Source: Chloroflexota bacterium (GTDB taxonomy: Bacteria > Chloroflexota > Limnocylindria > Limnocylindrales > CSP1-4). From it: a DNA stretch of 64,000 nucleotides. The stretch covers positions 9,474 through 73,473 of the forward strand of contig JBJMMR010000041.1 of assembly GCA_045804645.1 (NCBI GenBank), given 5' to 3'. Below, one piece after another: positions 1 through 8,681 of the stretch; the stretch's first letter is position 1; every line of letters starts with the position of its first letter. A model generated the notes under the pieces. That model was not told where the DNA came from, made no database searches, and saw nothing but the letters and a program-made list of their open reading frames with translations. The position numbers and the translations under genes are program-made.

Positions 1-62
1 ATTAAGAAAGCGAAACCGATCTCGCGCGGGGCCCAGATCGGCATCGCGTGTACGATCGGGCG

Positions 63-1346
63 ATGGATCGAGCCCCGATGCGACCGGTCGTGATCGCCGC
101 GATCGTCGCCCTTCTCGTCGCTGCGTGCGGCTCGCCCACGCCGTCGGTGAGCCCTTCCGCTTCGGCTTCGCTGTCGCCGTCGTCGAGCGCCCCCGCCGTA
201 TCTCCGAGCGCGTCCGGTTCCGGTGGCGATGCAGCCGTGTACGCCGAGATCAACGACCAGGTGCGGGCGATCCGAGGCCTCCAGGAGAAGAAGCCGATCG
301 AGCCGACCATCGTCTCGCCCGACGAGATGACGCAGGTCCTCAAGGATTCCTTCAGCGAGGACTACCCGCCCGAGCAGGTGGCCGCCGACGAGCAGCTCTA
401 CCACGGCCTCGGGTTGTTGCCGAAGGACGACAAGCTGGCTGACGTCTATATCGACCTCCTGTCCAGCCAGGTCGCCGGCCTGTACGACCCGGTCAAGGAG
501 AAGCTGTACGTCGTATCCAAGGCCGGCGGCGTCGGCGCCGTCGAGAAGGTCTACTACTCGCACGAGTACGACCACGTCCTGCAGGACCAGAACTTCGACC
601 TTGAGAAGATGCAGGACGGGCTCGATGACAAGACCGACGAGGCCCTTGCGCGGCAGTCGCTCGTCGAGGGCGACGCCTACCTGACGATGTCGTACTGGCT
701 GCAGCAGAACCTGACTCCCGCAGAGATCGGCGAGGTGATCCAGGCCTCGCAGGACCCCGACGCGCAGCAGGCGCTCAACCGGATCCCGCCGATCGTGCAG
801 GCACAGATCATGTTCTCCGCCATCCAGGGCACCCAGTTCGTCACGGGCATCCAGCTGGGGGGCGGATGGGAAGCGGTCGATAGCGGATTCGGCAAGCCAC
901 CGACGTCGACGGAGCAGATCCTCCATCCGGAGAAGTACACGGCCCACGAGACGCCGATCGCGGTCGACGTCCCCGCCGACCTCGCGAAGAGGATGGGATC
1001 AGGCTGGTCGACCGTGATGGAAGACACGATGGGTGAGCACCAGACAGCGATCTGGCTGGGCTCCGGCGCGGTCGCGGCGGCGACGGACGCGTCAGCCGGC
1101 TGGGGCGGCGACCGGATCACTTATCTGAGCGGCGCGAGGGACAGCTGGGCGATCGGATGGCACACCGTCTGGGACAGCAAGGAGGACGCCGCCGAATTCG
1201 ACGTGACGGCCAAGACCGCCGTAGAGAAGGCCGGTGGTCCCGGTCAGGTACTCCCGGGCGAGGGAGGGACGACCCGGTGGGTCGTGATCGGCAGCGACGA
1301 CGCCGCACTGCAGAAGGTCGCCAACGGGCTCGGGCTGGCGGGCTAG
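63..1346 (+). CDS. Lipoprotein with zinc-metallopeptidase-like (gluzincin) motif
   Basis: Lipobox LVAAC, Ser/Pro linker, HEYDH plus downstream EGDA. TACGAT -10 element 6 nt before ATG 63. Confidence 0.7.
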   Translation: MDRAPMRPVVIAAIVALLVAACGSPTPSVSPSASASLSPSSSAPAVSPSASGSGGDAAVYAEINDQVRAIRGLQEKKPIEPTIVSPDEMTQVLKDSFSEDYPPEQVAADEQLYHGLGLLPKDDKLADVYIDLLSSQVAGLYDPVKEKLYVVSKAGGVGAVEKVYYSHEYDHVLQDQNFDLEKMQDGLDDKTDEALARQSLVEGDAYLTMSYWLQQNLTPAEIGEVIQASQDPDAQQALNRIPPIVQAQIMFSAIQGTQFVTGIQLGGGWEAVDSGFGKPPTSTEQILHPEKYTAHETPIAVDVPADLAKRMGSGWSTVMEDTMGEHQTAIWLGSGAVAAATDASAGWGGDRITYLSGARDSWAIGWHTVWDSKEDAAEFDVTAKTAVEKAGGPGQVLPGEGGTTRWVVIGSDDAALQKVANGLGLAG

Positions 1347-1380
1347 CAGCGGCGGGACGCCGGCCGGGCCCGGCGGGGAC

Positions 1381-3063
1381 CTACATCGACTCCGGCGCCG
1401 AGATGCCCAGGAGCCCGAGCGTGCTCGCCAGCGTGACCTGGGTCGCACGGGCGAGCGCGAGGCGCGAAGCCGACCGCCCAGGATCGTCGGGATCGACGAC
1501 TCGAGCATCGCGATAGAACGCATGGAAGGCGGTCGCGAGCTGGGTCGCGTAGGCGGTGATGCCGTGCGTCTCCTCCGCTGTGACCGCGTCCTCGACGACT
1601 TCGGGCAGCCGGACGACCTCCCGTGCGAGGGCCGCCTCCGGGCCGTCGGCGAGCGTGCCCGCGACCGTCGACGCGGGCACCAAGCCGACTTCGGTCGCCT
1701 TGCGCAGGATCGAGGCGACCCGCGCATGTGCGTACTGGACGTAATAGACGGGGTTCTCGTTCGACTGCTTCTTGGCAAGCTCGATGTCGAAGTCGATCGA
1801 CGAGGTCGCCGCACGGGAGGCGAAGAACCACCGTGCTGCATCGACACCGACCTCGGCCAGCAGCTCGTCGAGCGTGACGAACTCCCCGGCCCGCTTGGAC
1901 ATCGAGATCTCGACCCCGTCGCGGACGAAGCGCACCCACGAGTACAGCAGCATCTGGACGGCGTCGACGTCGTAGCCCATCGCCTTGGCGGCGTTCCGGA
2001 CGCGCGCGACGGTGCCGTGGTGGTCGGCGCCCCAGATGTAGAGCAGGTGGTCGAAGCCGCGGCTGAACTTCTCGGTGACGTACCCGATGTCGGCGGCGAA
2101 GTACGTCGGCTGGCCGTTCGAGCGGTAGATCACGCGGTCCTTGTCGTCGCCGAAATCCGTGCTGCGGAACCAGACGGCGCCGTCCTGCTCGTAGACGTAT
2201 CCGCGCTCACGCAGGCGTTCGACCGCACGCTCGACCCAGCCCTCCTCGTGGAGCGATCGCTCGGTCGTCCAGACGTCGAAATGGACGCCAAGCCGCTCGA
2301 GGCTCGCCTCGATACCGCTCCGGACCTGTGCGGCCGCCCAGCGACCAAGGACGTTGGCCGTGTCGGTCTCCCGCTTCGTCGCCTCGGCCCAGACGTCTGG
2401 AGGGACCGCGGCCGCGAGATCGTCGACATAGTCCCCTCGATACCCCTCCTCCGAGACGGGTTCGCCACGCCGCAAGGCAGCGATCGACGCCCCGAGCTGG
2501 TCGATCTGGCCGCCGGAGTCGTTGAAGTAATACTCGCGAGTCACCTGTTGCCCGCCCGCCTCGAGGACGCGGCTGAGCAGGTCCCCGATGAACGCGCCAC
2601 GGGCGTTGCCGATCGTGAGCGGACCGGTCGGGTTCGCTGACACGAACTCGACGTTCACGCGCCGGGGCGAGATCGGGTCGACGCGACCCCACGCCTCCGG
2701 CTGGGCGAGGATCCCGTCGACGATGGCCTCGAGCGCGGTGGCTTTCAGCCGCACGTTCAGGAAGCCGGGCGGCGCGACTTCGGCGGCCTCGACCGGCGAG
2801 GCGTTCTCGCGCGAGCTGGCGTCGCGGACGAGCTTCGCGGCGAGCAGTGTCGCCAGCTCGAGCGGCGAACGCCGGTAGGGGCGCGCGAGCTTCATCGCGA
2901 GGTTCGTCGAGAAGTCCCCGTGACCAGGGTCGGCGGGTCGCTCCACTTCGATCGCCGGCCGCGCGTCGGGGTCAAGGGTCGCGAGGGAGCCCTCATCGAT
3001 CGCGCGCGCCCAGGCGCGTTCGATGGCAAGGCGTACGTGCGTGCGCAAGGGGGCGGGGGTCAC
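1381..3063 (-). CDS. argS: Arginine--tRNA ligase
   Basis: HGDFSTN, VEFVSANPTGPL, YIWGADHHG, SMSKR and YYVQYAHAR motifs. Confidence 0.96.
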   Translation of the reverse strand: MTPAPLRTHVRLAIERAWARAIDEGSLATLDPDARPAIEVERPADPGHGDFSTNLAMKLARPYRRSPLELATLLAAKLVRDASSRENASPVEAAEVAPPGFLNVRLKATALEAIVDGILAQPEAWGRVDPISPRRVNVEFVSANPTGPLTIGNARGAFIGDLLSRVLEAGGQQVTREYYFNDSGGQIDQLGASIAALRRGEPVSEEGYRGDYVDDLAAAVPPDVWAEATKRETDTANVLGRWAAAQVRSGIEASLERLGVHFDVWTTERSLHEEGWVERAVERLRERGYVYEQDGAVWFRSTDFGDDKDRVIYRSNGQPTYFAADIGYVTEKFSRGFDHLLYIWGADHHGTVARVRNAAKAMGYDVDAVQMLLYSWVRFVRDGVEISMSKRAGEFVTLDELLAEVGVDAARWFFASRAATSSIDFDIELAKKQSNENPVYYVQYAHARVASILRKATEVGLVPASTVAGTLADGPEAALAREVVRLPEVVEDAVTAEETHGITAYATQLATAFHAFYRDARVVDPDDPGRSASRLALARATQVTLASTLGLLGISAPESM

Positions 3064-3356
3064 CGCGGCATCGTACCGGCCGACGCCCCGTGACGTCGGT
3101 ACCGGTGCCGGTCCTGGGTCGTCGGTCCGGGGGTCCTGGGGGACCCTTCGTTGCTGGCCGTCAACGAAATCCCGGGCGCCTGGTCGGTCGAGGTGGGAAT
3201 GGTGTAGTCACCGGTCGCCAGAGGTACTAGACCGGCCAGTACCCCCGTGTGAGTATCGGGTCCTCGTTCGGTGCACGGACAACCCCGCCAGGGGAGAGCG
3301 GCCGTACGGGGGGACCACTCAACCAGAGGCTTCAGCCTCAGCTCGGGGACCGTCAC

Positions 3357-4148
3357 ATGTCGAGTACTCGCTCCGGCGCAAGGTCGCGCCTGGCCCGCCG
3401 CCTCTCATGGCTCGGGGTCATGTCCATGGTCGCCACGGCACTGCTTGCGCCGTCGACCTCATCCGCGCTCGCGGCTGCGCCTGGCAACAACGCCACGGTG
3501 AAGATCGAGGATTCGGTGAACCCGAAGCCCGAGCCGGCGAACGATCCGCACGTCTGCCAGTTCGACATCAAGTTCTTCTTCGCGGATCCAGGGCAGACCG
3601 GCGACTGGCACATCCAGTCGTGGCCTCCGACCGGCGACAAGACGACCGTCCTCGAGGGGACGTACGACACGAACGGCCAGGGCTTCGATCGCCAGCCGAC
3701 GAGCGGCTACTACTCGCTGGCGGACGGCCACTACAAGCTCTTCTGGAAGGGCGACGAGGAAAAGCTCTGGAAGCACAAGGTCTTCTGGGTCGAGTGCCAG
3801 CAGACCGAGCCGACCGAAACGCCGAAGCCCACGGAGACCGCGAAGCCGACCGAGACGCCCAAGCCGACCGAAACGGCGAAGCCGACCGAGACGCCCAAGC
3901 CGACCTACACGCCTGCGCCCACGGAGACCGACAGGGTCGATCCCACGCCGAAGCCCACGGGTGATGTCGGTCCGTCGACCGGCAAGACCAACCCGCCACA
4001 CGCGACGCTGCCGGCGACGGACACGCTTGATGCGGTGTCGACGACTCCGGCAAGCGACAGCTGGCGGATCATCCTCCTGGCGATGGCCGGTCTGCTGACC
4101 GCCGCACTGATGCTGACGCCGGCCCGCGCCGCCCGGAAGCAGGACTAG
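3357..4148 (+). CDS. Secreted/surface protein with PTET(P/A)K repeats and conserved C-terminal LPxTDT-TM tail
   Basis: Signal peptide ending SSALA, small beta-rich domain with 2 Cys, Pro/Thr linker, TLPATDT, WRIILLAMAGLL transmembrane segment and basic tail. GGGGAC RBS-like site before ATG 3357. Confidence 0.8.
   Translation: MSSTRSGARSRLARRLSWLGVMSMVATALLAPSTSSALAAAPGNNATVKIEDSVNPKPEPANDPHVCQFDIKFFFADPGQTGDWHIQSWPPTGDKTTVLEGTYDTNGQGFDRQPTSGYYSLADGHYKLFWKGDEEKLWKHKVFWVECQQTEPTETPKPTETAKPTETPKPTETAKPTETPKPTYTPAPTETDRVDPTPKPTGDVGPSTGKTNPPHATLPATDTLDAVSTTPASDSWRIILLAMAGLLTAALMLTPARAARKQD
3810..3906 (+). repeat. 18-bp coding tandem repeat (PTETPK/PTETAK, about 5 units)
   Basis: Direct repeats of ccgaccga(a/g)acg(c/g)cgaag-like units. 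Confidence 0.85.
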
Positions 4149-4373
4149 CGTTCGCTGACCCGAGCGCCCGATAGCCTCGGTATCCGAGCAGCCGATGACC
4201 GCCGCCCTCACCGGCGGCGGTCATCGTCCACCTGACTCCCCAAGGCTCGAGGCGATCGTCCGGATCGCCACCCTGCGACCGCGCAGGAACACCAGCGCTC
4301 GCTGACCCGGAGTGTCCGAGCCGCTCTGGTCCGAGCACACGACGACCGTCGCCCTTGTCGGCGACGGTCGTCG
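4147..4373. repeat. Two degenerate copies of an ~80-nt element, each ending in a GC-rich hairpin
   Basis: 4147-4226 aligns with 4294-4373. Stems are 4194-4225 (13 bp) and 4340-4373 (14 bp). Confidence 0.75.
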
Positions 4374-4566
4374 CCTTGTGTCTCGCCACGGAAGCGGTGC
4401 GCGACGGCACCAGAAGTGTCAAAGGTTTGACGCTGGCGTTGACCGGAAAGTACTAGACGCCAACGCAGGACCATGGGACTATGCCGGGCCTCGGCCCCAC
4501 GAGTGGGGGCTCCAGGCCGAGCCGTCATGCCTGAGGCCTCGCCTCACCTCTTGGGGACCGTATCGA

Positions 4567-5289
4567 ATGACTGCCCAAACGCGTTCTCGAGCGAGCCGAC
4601 GCCTTGGCTGGCTCGTTGTGGTCGGTATGACCGTCGCCGCCTTGGCCGCTCCGAGTGCAACTTCCCTTGCTGCCGACGCGAAGATCGAAATCACGATCTG
4701 CCACGCCACCGGATCGCAAGGCAATCCCTACATCGTCAATTCACCAGCCATCAACTCGAGCGGTGCGTTCGCCGGAGAACTCGCGGGCGGACACAACGGG
4801 CATACGGGTCCCCTGTGGTTCCCAGGCATCCAGGTCTCGTGGGGCGACATCATCCCGCCCTATGTCTACCCGCCCGCCAACTTCACGTACGCCGGTCTCA
4901 ACTGGACCGCCGAGGGTCAGGCCATCTACGACAACGACTGCAACATCCCTGAGGCGACCGCCACCCCGACCGAGGCGCCCACCGCCACCCCGACCCAGGC
5001 GCCTACAGCTACGCCGACCGACGCTCCGACCGGAACGCCGGCTCCGACCGGCAGCGTCGAGCCGACGCAAACCGTGAATCCCACGGACCCACCCGCCGGG
5101 AGCGTGGACGCGGCGACGGCGACGCCGGCTCGGACCCTGCCATCGACCAGCACGATCGACGGGTCCGGCAATGGGCCGATGAACGATGGGTGGCGCGTCG
5201 TCCTGCTCGCGCTGGCGGGAGTCCTCGCGACTGCGCTGCTGCTGACGCCGGCCACGGCCGTGGTCCGAAAGGACGACCGGCGCCGCTGA
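4567..5289 (+). CDS. Secreted/surface protein (ITICHATGS..NPY domain) with C-terminal LPSTST-TM tail
   Basis: Signal peptide, CHATGS-NPY domain, PTATPT repeats, TLPSTST, WRVVLLALAGVL transmembrane segment, RKDDRRR tail. Confidence 0.8.
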   Translation: MTAQTRSRASRRLGWLVVVGMTVAALAAPSATSLAADAKIEITICHATGSQGNPYIVNSPAINSSGAFAGELAGGHNGHTGPLWFPGIQVSWGDIIPPYVYPPANFTYAGLNWTAEGQAIYDNDCNIPEATATPTEAPTATPTQAPTATPTDAPTGTPAPTGSVEPTQTVNPTDPPAGSVDAATATPARTLPSTSTIDGSGNGPMNDGWRVVLLALAGVLATALLLTPATAVVRKDDRRR

Positions 5290-5321
5290 CGGTCAGCCCG
5301 ACACAGGGGTCCCCGAGACCC

Positions 5322-5358
5322 GGGCGGAGCGCCGCGCTGTCCGTGTGGTGCTCCGCCC
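5322..5358. terminator. Hairpin between convergent genes (probable terminator)
   Basis: gggcggagcgcc...ggtgctccgccc inverted repeat; no U-tract. Confidence 0.5.
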
Positions 5359-5407
5359 ACGTCTCCGCACGGCGGTGACGCGATCGGCTCGAGCTCACGC
5401 CGGGGTG

Positions 5408-6172
5408 TCAGATCGTGAAGGTCGACCCCGGGTAGACCAGCTCGACGGGACCGGTGTAGCGAGCTCGGACGGACGCGACCGTCGCGTCGGGGTCGAAGCC
5501 CATCTGGAGATGCGTCAGCAAGACGCGTCCGACGCGCGCGGTCGTTGCGAGATCGCCGACGGCGGGACCGTCGAGATGCAAGGCGTCCGCGGCGACGGGG
5601 CCGGGCCCGAACGATACTTCCGAGAGAAGCCAGTCTCCGGGCACGATCAGCGGCTGTAGGTCGCTCGCTCGACCGCAATCCCCGGAGTAGACGAGGCCTG
5701 GGCCGTTCCCGAGCGAGATTCGAAAAGCGTGGCTGTCCCGAGTGTGCGTGACCCGGATCGCGCGGATCGCGAGAGGCCCGACGGTCACGTCGTCCGGGAT
5801 GGGTTCGACATCGAGCGTCGCGGCGGTGAACCCGGGTTCGTCATGGAGCGCGTCGATCCGGCCCGCCAGGCCCGTCGGCGCGATGACGCGGACGTGGCGC
5901 TCCGGGTGGAACTGCCAGCGCAGGTAATGGCGCATCGCGACGAGATCGATGAAGTGGTCGGGATGCAAGTGGCTGACGAAGACTGCATCGACGGTGCTCG
6001 GCTCGAGCGTCGCGGCTAGCCGCGGGAACGACCCCTGGCCGAGGTCCAGGACGATCGCCGTCGAGTCGGCGCGGACCAGGTAGGAAGCGCCGGCAGCTCC
6101 GAGCTTATCGGTGTACGCCGGTCCCGCCCCGAGCACGTCGAGACTCATCGGCACGGACGTGTCGGCACCCAC
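5408..6172 (-). CDS. MBL-fold metallohydrolase (RNase Z/BN-like)
   Basis: SHLHPDH motif, YSGD and LLTH. Confidence 0.88.
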   Translation of the reverse strand: MGADTSVPMSLDVLGAGPAYTDKLGAAGASYLVRADSTAIVLDLGQGSFPRLAATLEPSTVDAVFVSHLHPDHFIDLVAMRHYLRWQFHPERHVRVIAPTGLAGRIDALHDEPGFTAATLDVEPIPDDVTVGPLAIRAIRVTHTRDSHAFRISLGNGPGLVYSGDCGRASDLQPLIVPGDWLLSEVSFGPGPVAADALHLDGPAVGDLATTARVGRVLLTHLQMGFDPDATVASVRARYTGPVELVYPGSTFTI

Positions 6173-6204
6173 GATGTGAGCGTAGCCCACCGCCGGTGAG
6201 CGTT

Positions 6205-7200
6205 TCAGTCCTGTCCGTCGTCCTGCGGTCCACCCGGCGCCTCGGCGTTCGGCTTCGGCGTCTTCGTCGGCTTGCGCGTGGCGTCCGGGCGATCGGTGGC
6301 TGTCGGCTTTCCGGCTCCCTCGGGGTGTTCCGGCGGGGCCTTGGTCGGCTTCGGCGTGGCTTCCGGGCCGTTCGTGCTCGATCCCGTTCCGACGCCGCCA
6401 TGGCCGCCGTTCGAGCCGCTCCCGTTGTCGCCCTGGTCGCCGCCAGCGGTCCCGTCGCCGCCAGGGGTCCCGTGGCTCCCGGAGCCCCCAATCGGCGTCG
6501 GGCGTTCGACCGAGCCGACCGAGTCGATCGCGCCCGTGCTTTTCGCGATCGCCCGCGCGACCGCCGCATCGATCGCATCCGCAGCGCGCGATGGCACGCG
6601 ACGCGCCAGTGCTTCGAGGACCTCGACATTGCGCCCGAGACCCGTCTCGAGAGCGGCTGCCGCAACAGCGTCCCCCGCGTGGACGACGGCGATCGATGCC
6701 TCGGTCATGATCCGTTCGTATGCCGCGAGTGCGGCCGCTGCCGCGCCTTCGTCGCCATCTCGGGCGGCCGCGTCAGCCTCGCGCAGACGGTCGCCGAGGC
6801 GGCTGAGCTCGGCCACTGCCCGAGCGGACGGCTCGGACGGTAGGGAGACGTTCTCGATCCAGAGCCGTCCCTCGTAGAGGGCCCCACCCGGACTCGAGGA
6901 CGCTGCCGCGCCACCGACCATCGCCCCGACGAGGATCGCGGCCGCGACGAGGGTGAACGCCGCCCGTCGGCGACCCCGAAGCCCTCGCTCGATCGCGCTG
7001 CGTGACGCCGTCGCTGGCACGATGCTCAACGCGGCGTCGGCTCGCGTGAGATCCGCGCGGCGATGGGCATGCGCGAGGACACGCGCCCGCATCCGCGACG
7101 TAGCGGTGAGGTCGGGCGTCAGACGGTCATCGGCGTACGCCTCCAGGCGCCGCCTAAGACGGATGTCCCCGGCCGCCAAGTCGATCATGTCGTCGTTCAT
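6205..7200 (-). CDS. Putative anti-sigma factor (TM plus DUF5667-like domain, low-complexity tail)
   Basis: Overlaps the ECF sigma stop codon; single TM followed by SSPGGALY..RLWIE; Gly/Pro/Thr-rich tail. Confidence 0.6.
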   Translation of the reverse strand: MNDDMIDLAAGDIRLRRRLEAYADDRLTPDLTATSRMRARVLAHAHRRADLTRADAALSIVPATASRSAIERGLRGRRRAAFTLVAAAILVGAMVGGAAASSSPGGALYEGRLWIENVSLPSEPSARAVAELSRLGDRLREADAAARDGDEGAAAAALAAYERIMTEASIAVVHAGDAVAAAALETGLGRNVEVLEALARRVPSRAADAIDAAVARAIAKSTGAIDSVGSVERPTPIGGSGSHGTPGGDGTAGGDQGDNGSGSNGGHGGVGTGSSTNGPEATPKPTKAPPEHPEGAGKPTATDRPDATRKPTKTPKPNAEAPGGPQDDGQD

Positions 7201-7796
7201 CGACCGACCCGCCCATCGCTCGCGGCATCCTGGCCGCGATCGGTGTCCGGCTCATCGATCCGAAGCTGACGGCGGAGTGCCGCGATCGCCCGGAACTGGA
7301 GCCCGCGGATCGTCCCTTCCTGCTTGCCCATCACCTGAGCGGCTTCGCGTGCCGAGAGGCCGGCGAAGAACCGCAGCGCGATGGCGTCTCGTTGTTCGTC
7401 CGTCAGCGCCGCGAGCGCCGCAGCCACGTCGTCGAGTTCCTGGCGCGCGACCGTGACCTCATCGGGACCCGCGTCGACGCCGGGCTGCTGACTCGCGGAC
7501 TCGAGGTCCACGTGGTCGTGACGCGTCCGGACGTGATCGATGACCGTGTTCCTGGCCAGCCGGAAGAGCCAGCCCCCGAACGGGATGCCTCGCGCTTCGT
7601 ATCGCGGCAGGGCCTCCAGGGCCTTGACGAAGACGAGCTGCGTCAGGTCCTCCGCGTCCGACGGGCGGTGGACGCGGCTGGCGATGTAGCGGTAGACCGG
7701 CAGGTGGTAGTGATCGAACAGAAGTCCGAACGCCCACGCGTCCCCCGAGCGTGCTTCCTGTACCAGCCGCTCGACCGCGGTGTCGTCGAGGGTCAC
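7197..7796 (-). CDS. ECF RNA polymerase sigma factor
   Basis: DAEDLTQLVF, WLFRLARN and a region-4 HTH. Confidence 0.93.
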   Translation of the reverse strand: MTLDDTAVERLVQEARSGDAWAFGLLFDHYHLPVYRYIASRVHRPSDAEDLTQLVFVKALEALPRYEARGIPFGGWLFRLARNTVIDHVRTRHDHVDLESASQQPGVDAGPDEVTVARQELDDVAAALAALTDEQRDAIALRFFAGLSAREAAQVMGKQEGTIRGLQFRAIAALRRQLRIDEPDTDRGQDAASDGRVGR

Positions 7797-8659
7797 AACG
7801 AACGTCCGGCGACGGCGTTAGGCGTGGTGGCCATCGGCACCACCACCCGCCCGTCGCCCCGTCGGAAGCTGAGGGCATCGAATCCGGCGTCTGTCGCGAC
7901 CCGGTATCCGTCGTCAAGCGCCCACGCGAAGGTGTCCGCGCGGTGGGCGTCCGAGCCGATCGTGATCCGTTCGCCTCCGAGCTCACGGAACCGCTCGACG
8001 ATATGCGCGGGCGGGTAGATCTCCCTGGCCTCTTGCCGCAGCCCGCTCGTGTTGATCTCGAGTGCGGTCCCGCTCTCCACGAGTGCACGCAGGAGCGGCT
8101 CGTACAGTTCCGGGGCCGCGGCAAGGTCGGCAGCGGTCACGTGCGGCGCGAGATAGCGCTTTACCACGTCGAGATGTCCGATCGCATCGAAGAGGCCGCT
8201 GCGGATCGCCCGTTCGACCTCGGAGAAGTACGGCTCGATGATCTCAGGGAGCGACCTCCCGGCGACCCAGCTCGCGACATTCGACGCCTCGTACGGCGAA
8301 CCGCGATAGACGTGCGCCGACCCGATCGTGAAGTCGTACTCGTGGTGCCGCAGGTGGTCGCGGATATCGTCGGCCCAACGACTATCCCAGGTGATCTCGG
8401 CACCGAATCGGATCGCAAGACCGCGCTCTCCCCAGCGCTCGGCCGCTTCGCGGACGGTACGCTCCCGCTCATCGAACGAGACGTAGCGATAGGCGGGCGC
8501 GCCGGGTTCGAAGTCGAGATGGTCGGTGATCGCGATCTCGCCGATCCCGCGTTCGACGGCCTGTGAAGCGAAGGTGTCGATCGGCACCTCACTATCGGGC
8601 GACAGGTTCGTGTGGAGATGCGCGTCGAGCGGCAGGTCTCGTGCCTGGCGATCGTTCAT
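7793..8659 (-). CDS. PHP-domain histidinol-phosphatase (HisJ family)
   Basis: DAHLHT, ITDH, GHLD, EINTSG and GSDAH motifs. Confidence 0.85.
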   Translation of the reverse strand: MNDRQARDLPLDAHLHTNLSPDSEVPIDTFASQAVERGIGEIAITDHLDFEPGAPAYRYVSFDERERTVREAAERWGERGLAIRFGAEITWDSRWADDIRDHLRHHEYDFTIGSAHVYRGSPYEASNVASWVAGRSLPEIIEPYFSEVERAIRSGLFDAIGHLDVVKRYLAPHVTAADLAAAPELYEPLLRALVESGTALEINTSGLRQEAREIYPPAHIVERFRELGGERITIGSDAHRADTFAWALDDGYRVATDAGFDALSFRRGDGRVVVPMATTPNAVAGRSL

Positions 8660-8681
8660 CGCCCTTCCCCCGGCGACTGGA

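Noticed and set aside
1522-2640. Long antisense/alternative-frame ORFs (also 23133-24269, 28260-29582, 35735-36847 and others)
   Set aside because: These are shadow ORFs expected from stop-codon scarcity at high GC; they overlap well-supported genes and lack motifs.
3810-3906. Regular short repeats as a possible CRISPR array (also 4950-5050, 25810-25955, 48335-48430)
   Set aside because: They are in-frame Pro/Thr linker codons without unique spacers, and no cas genes are present.
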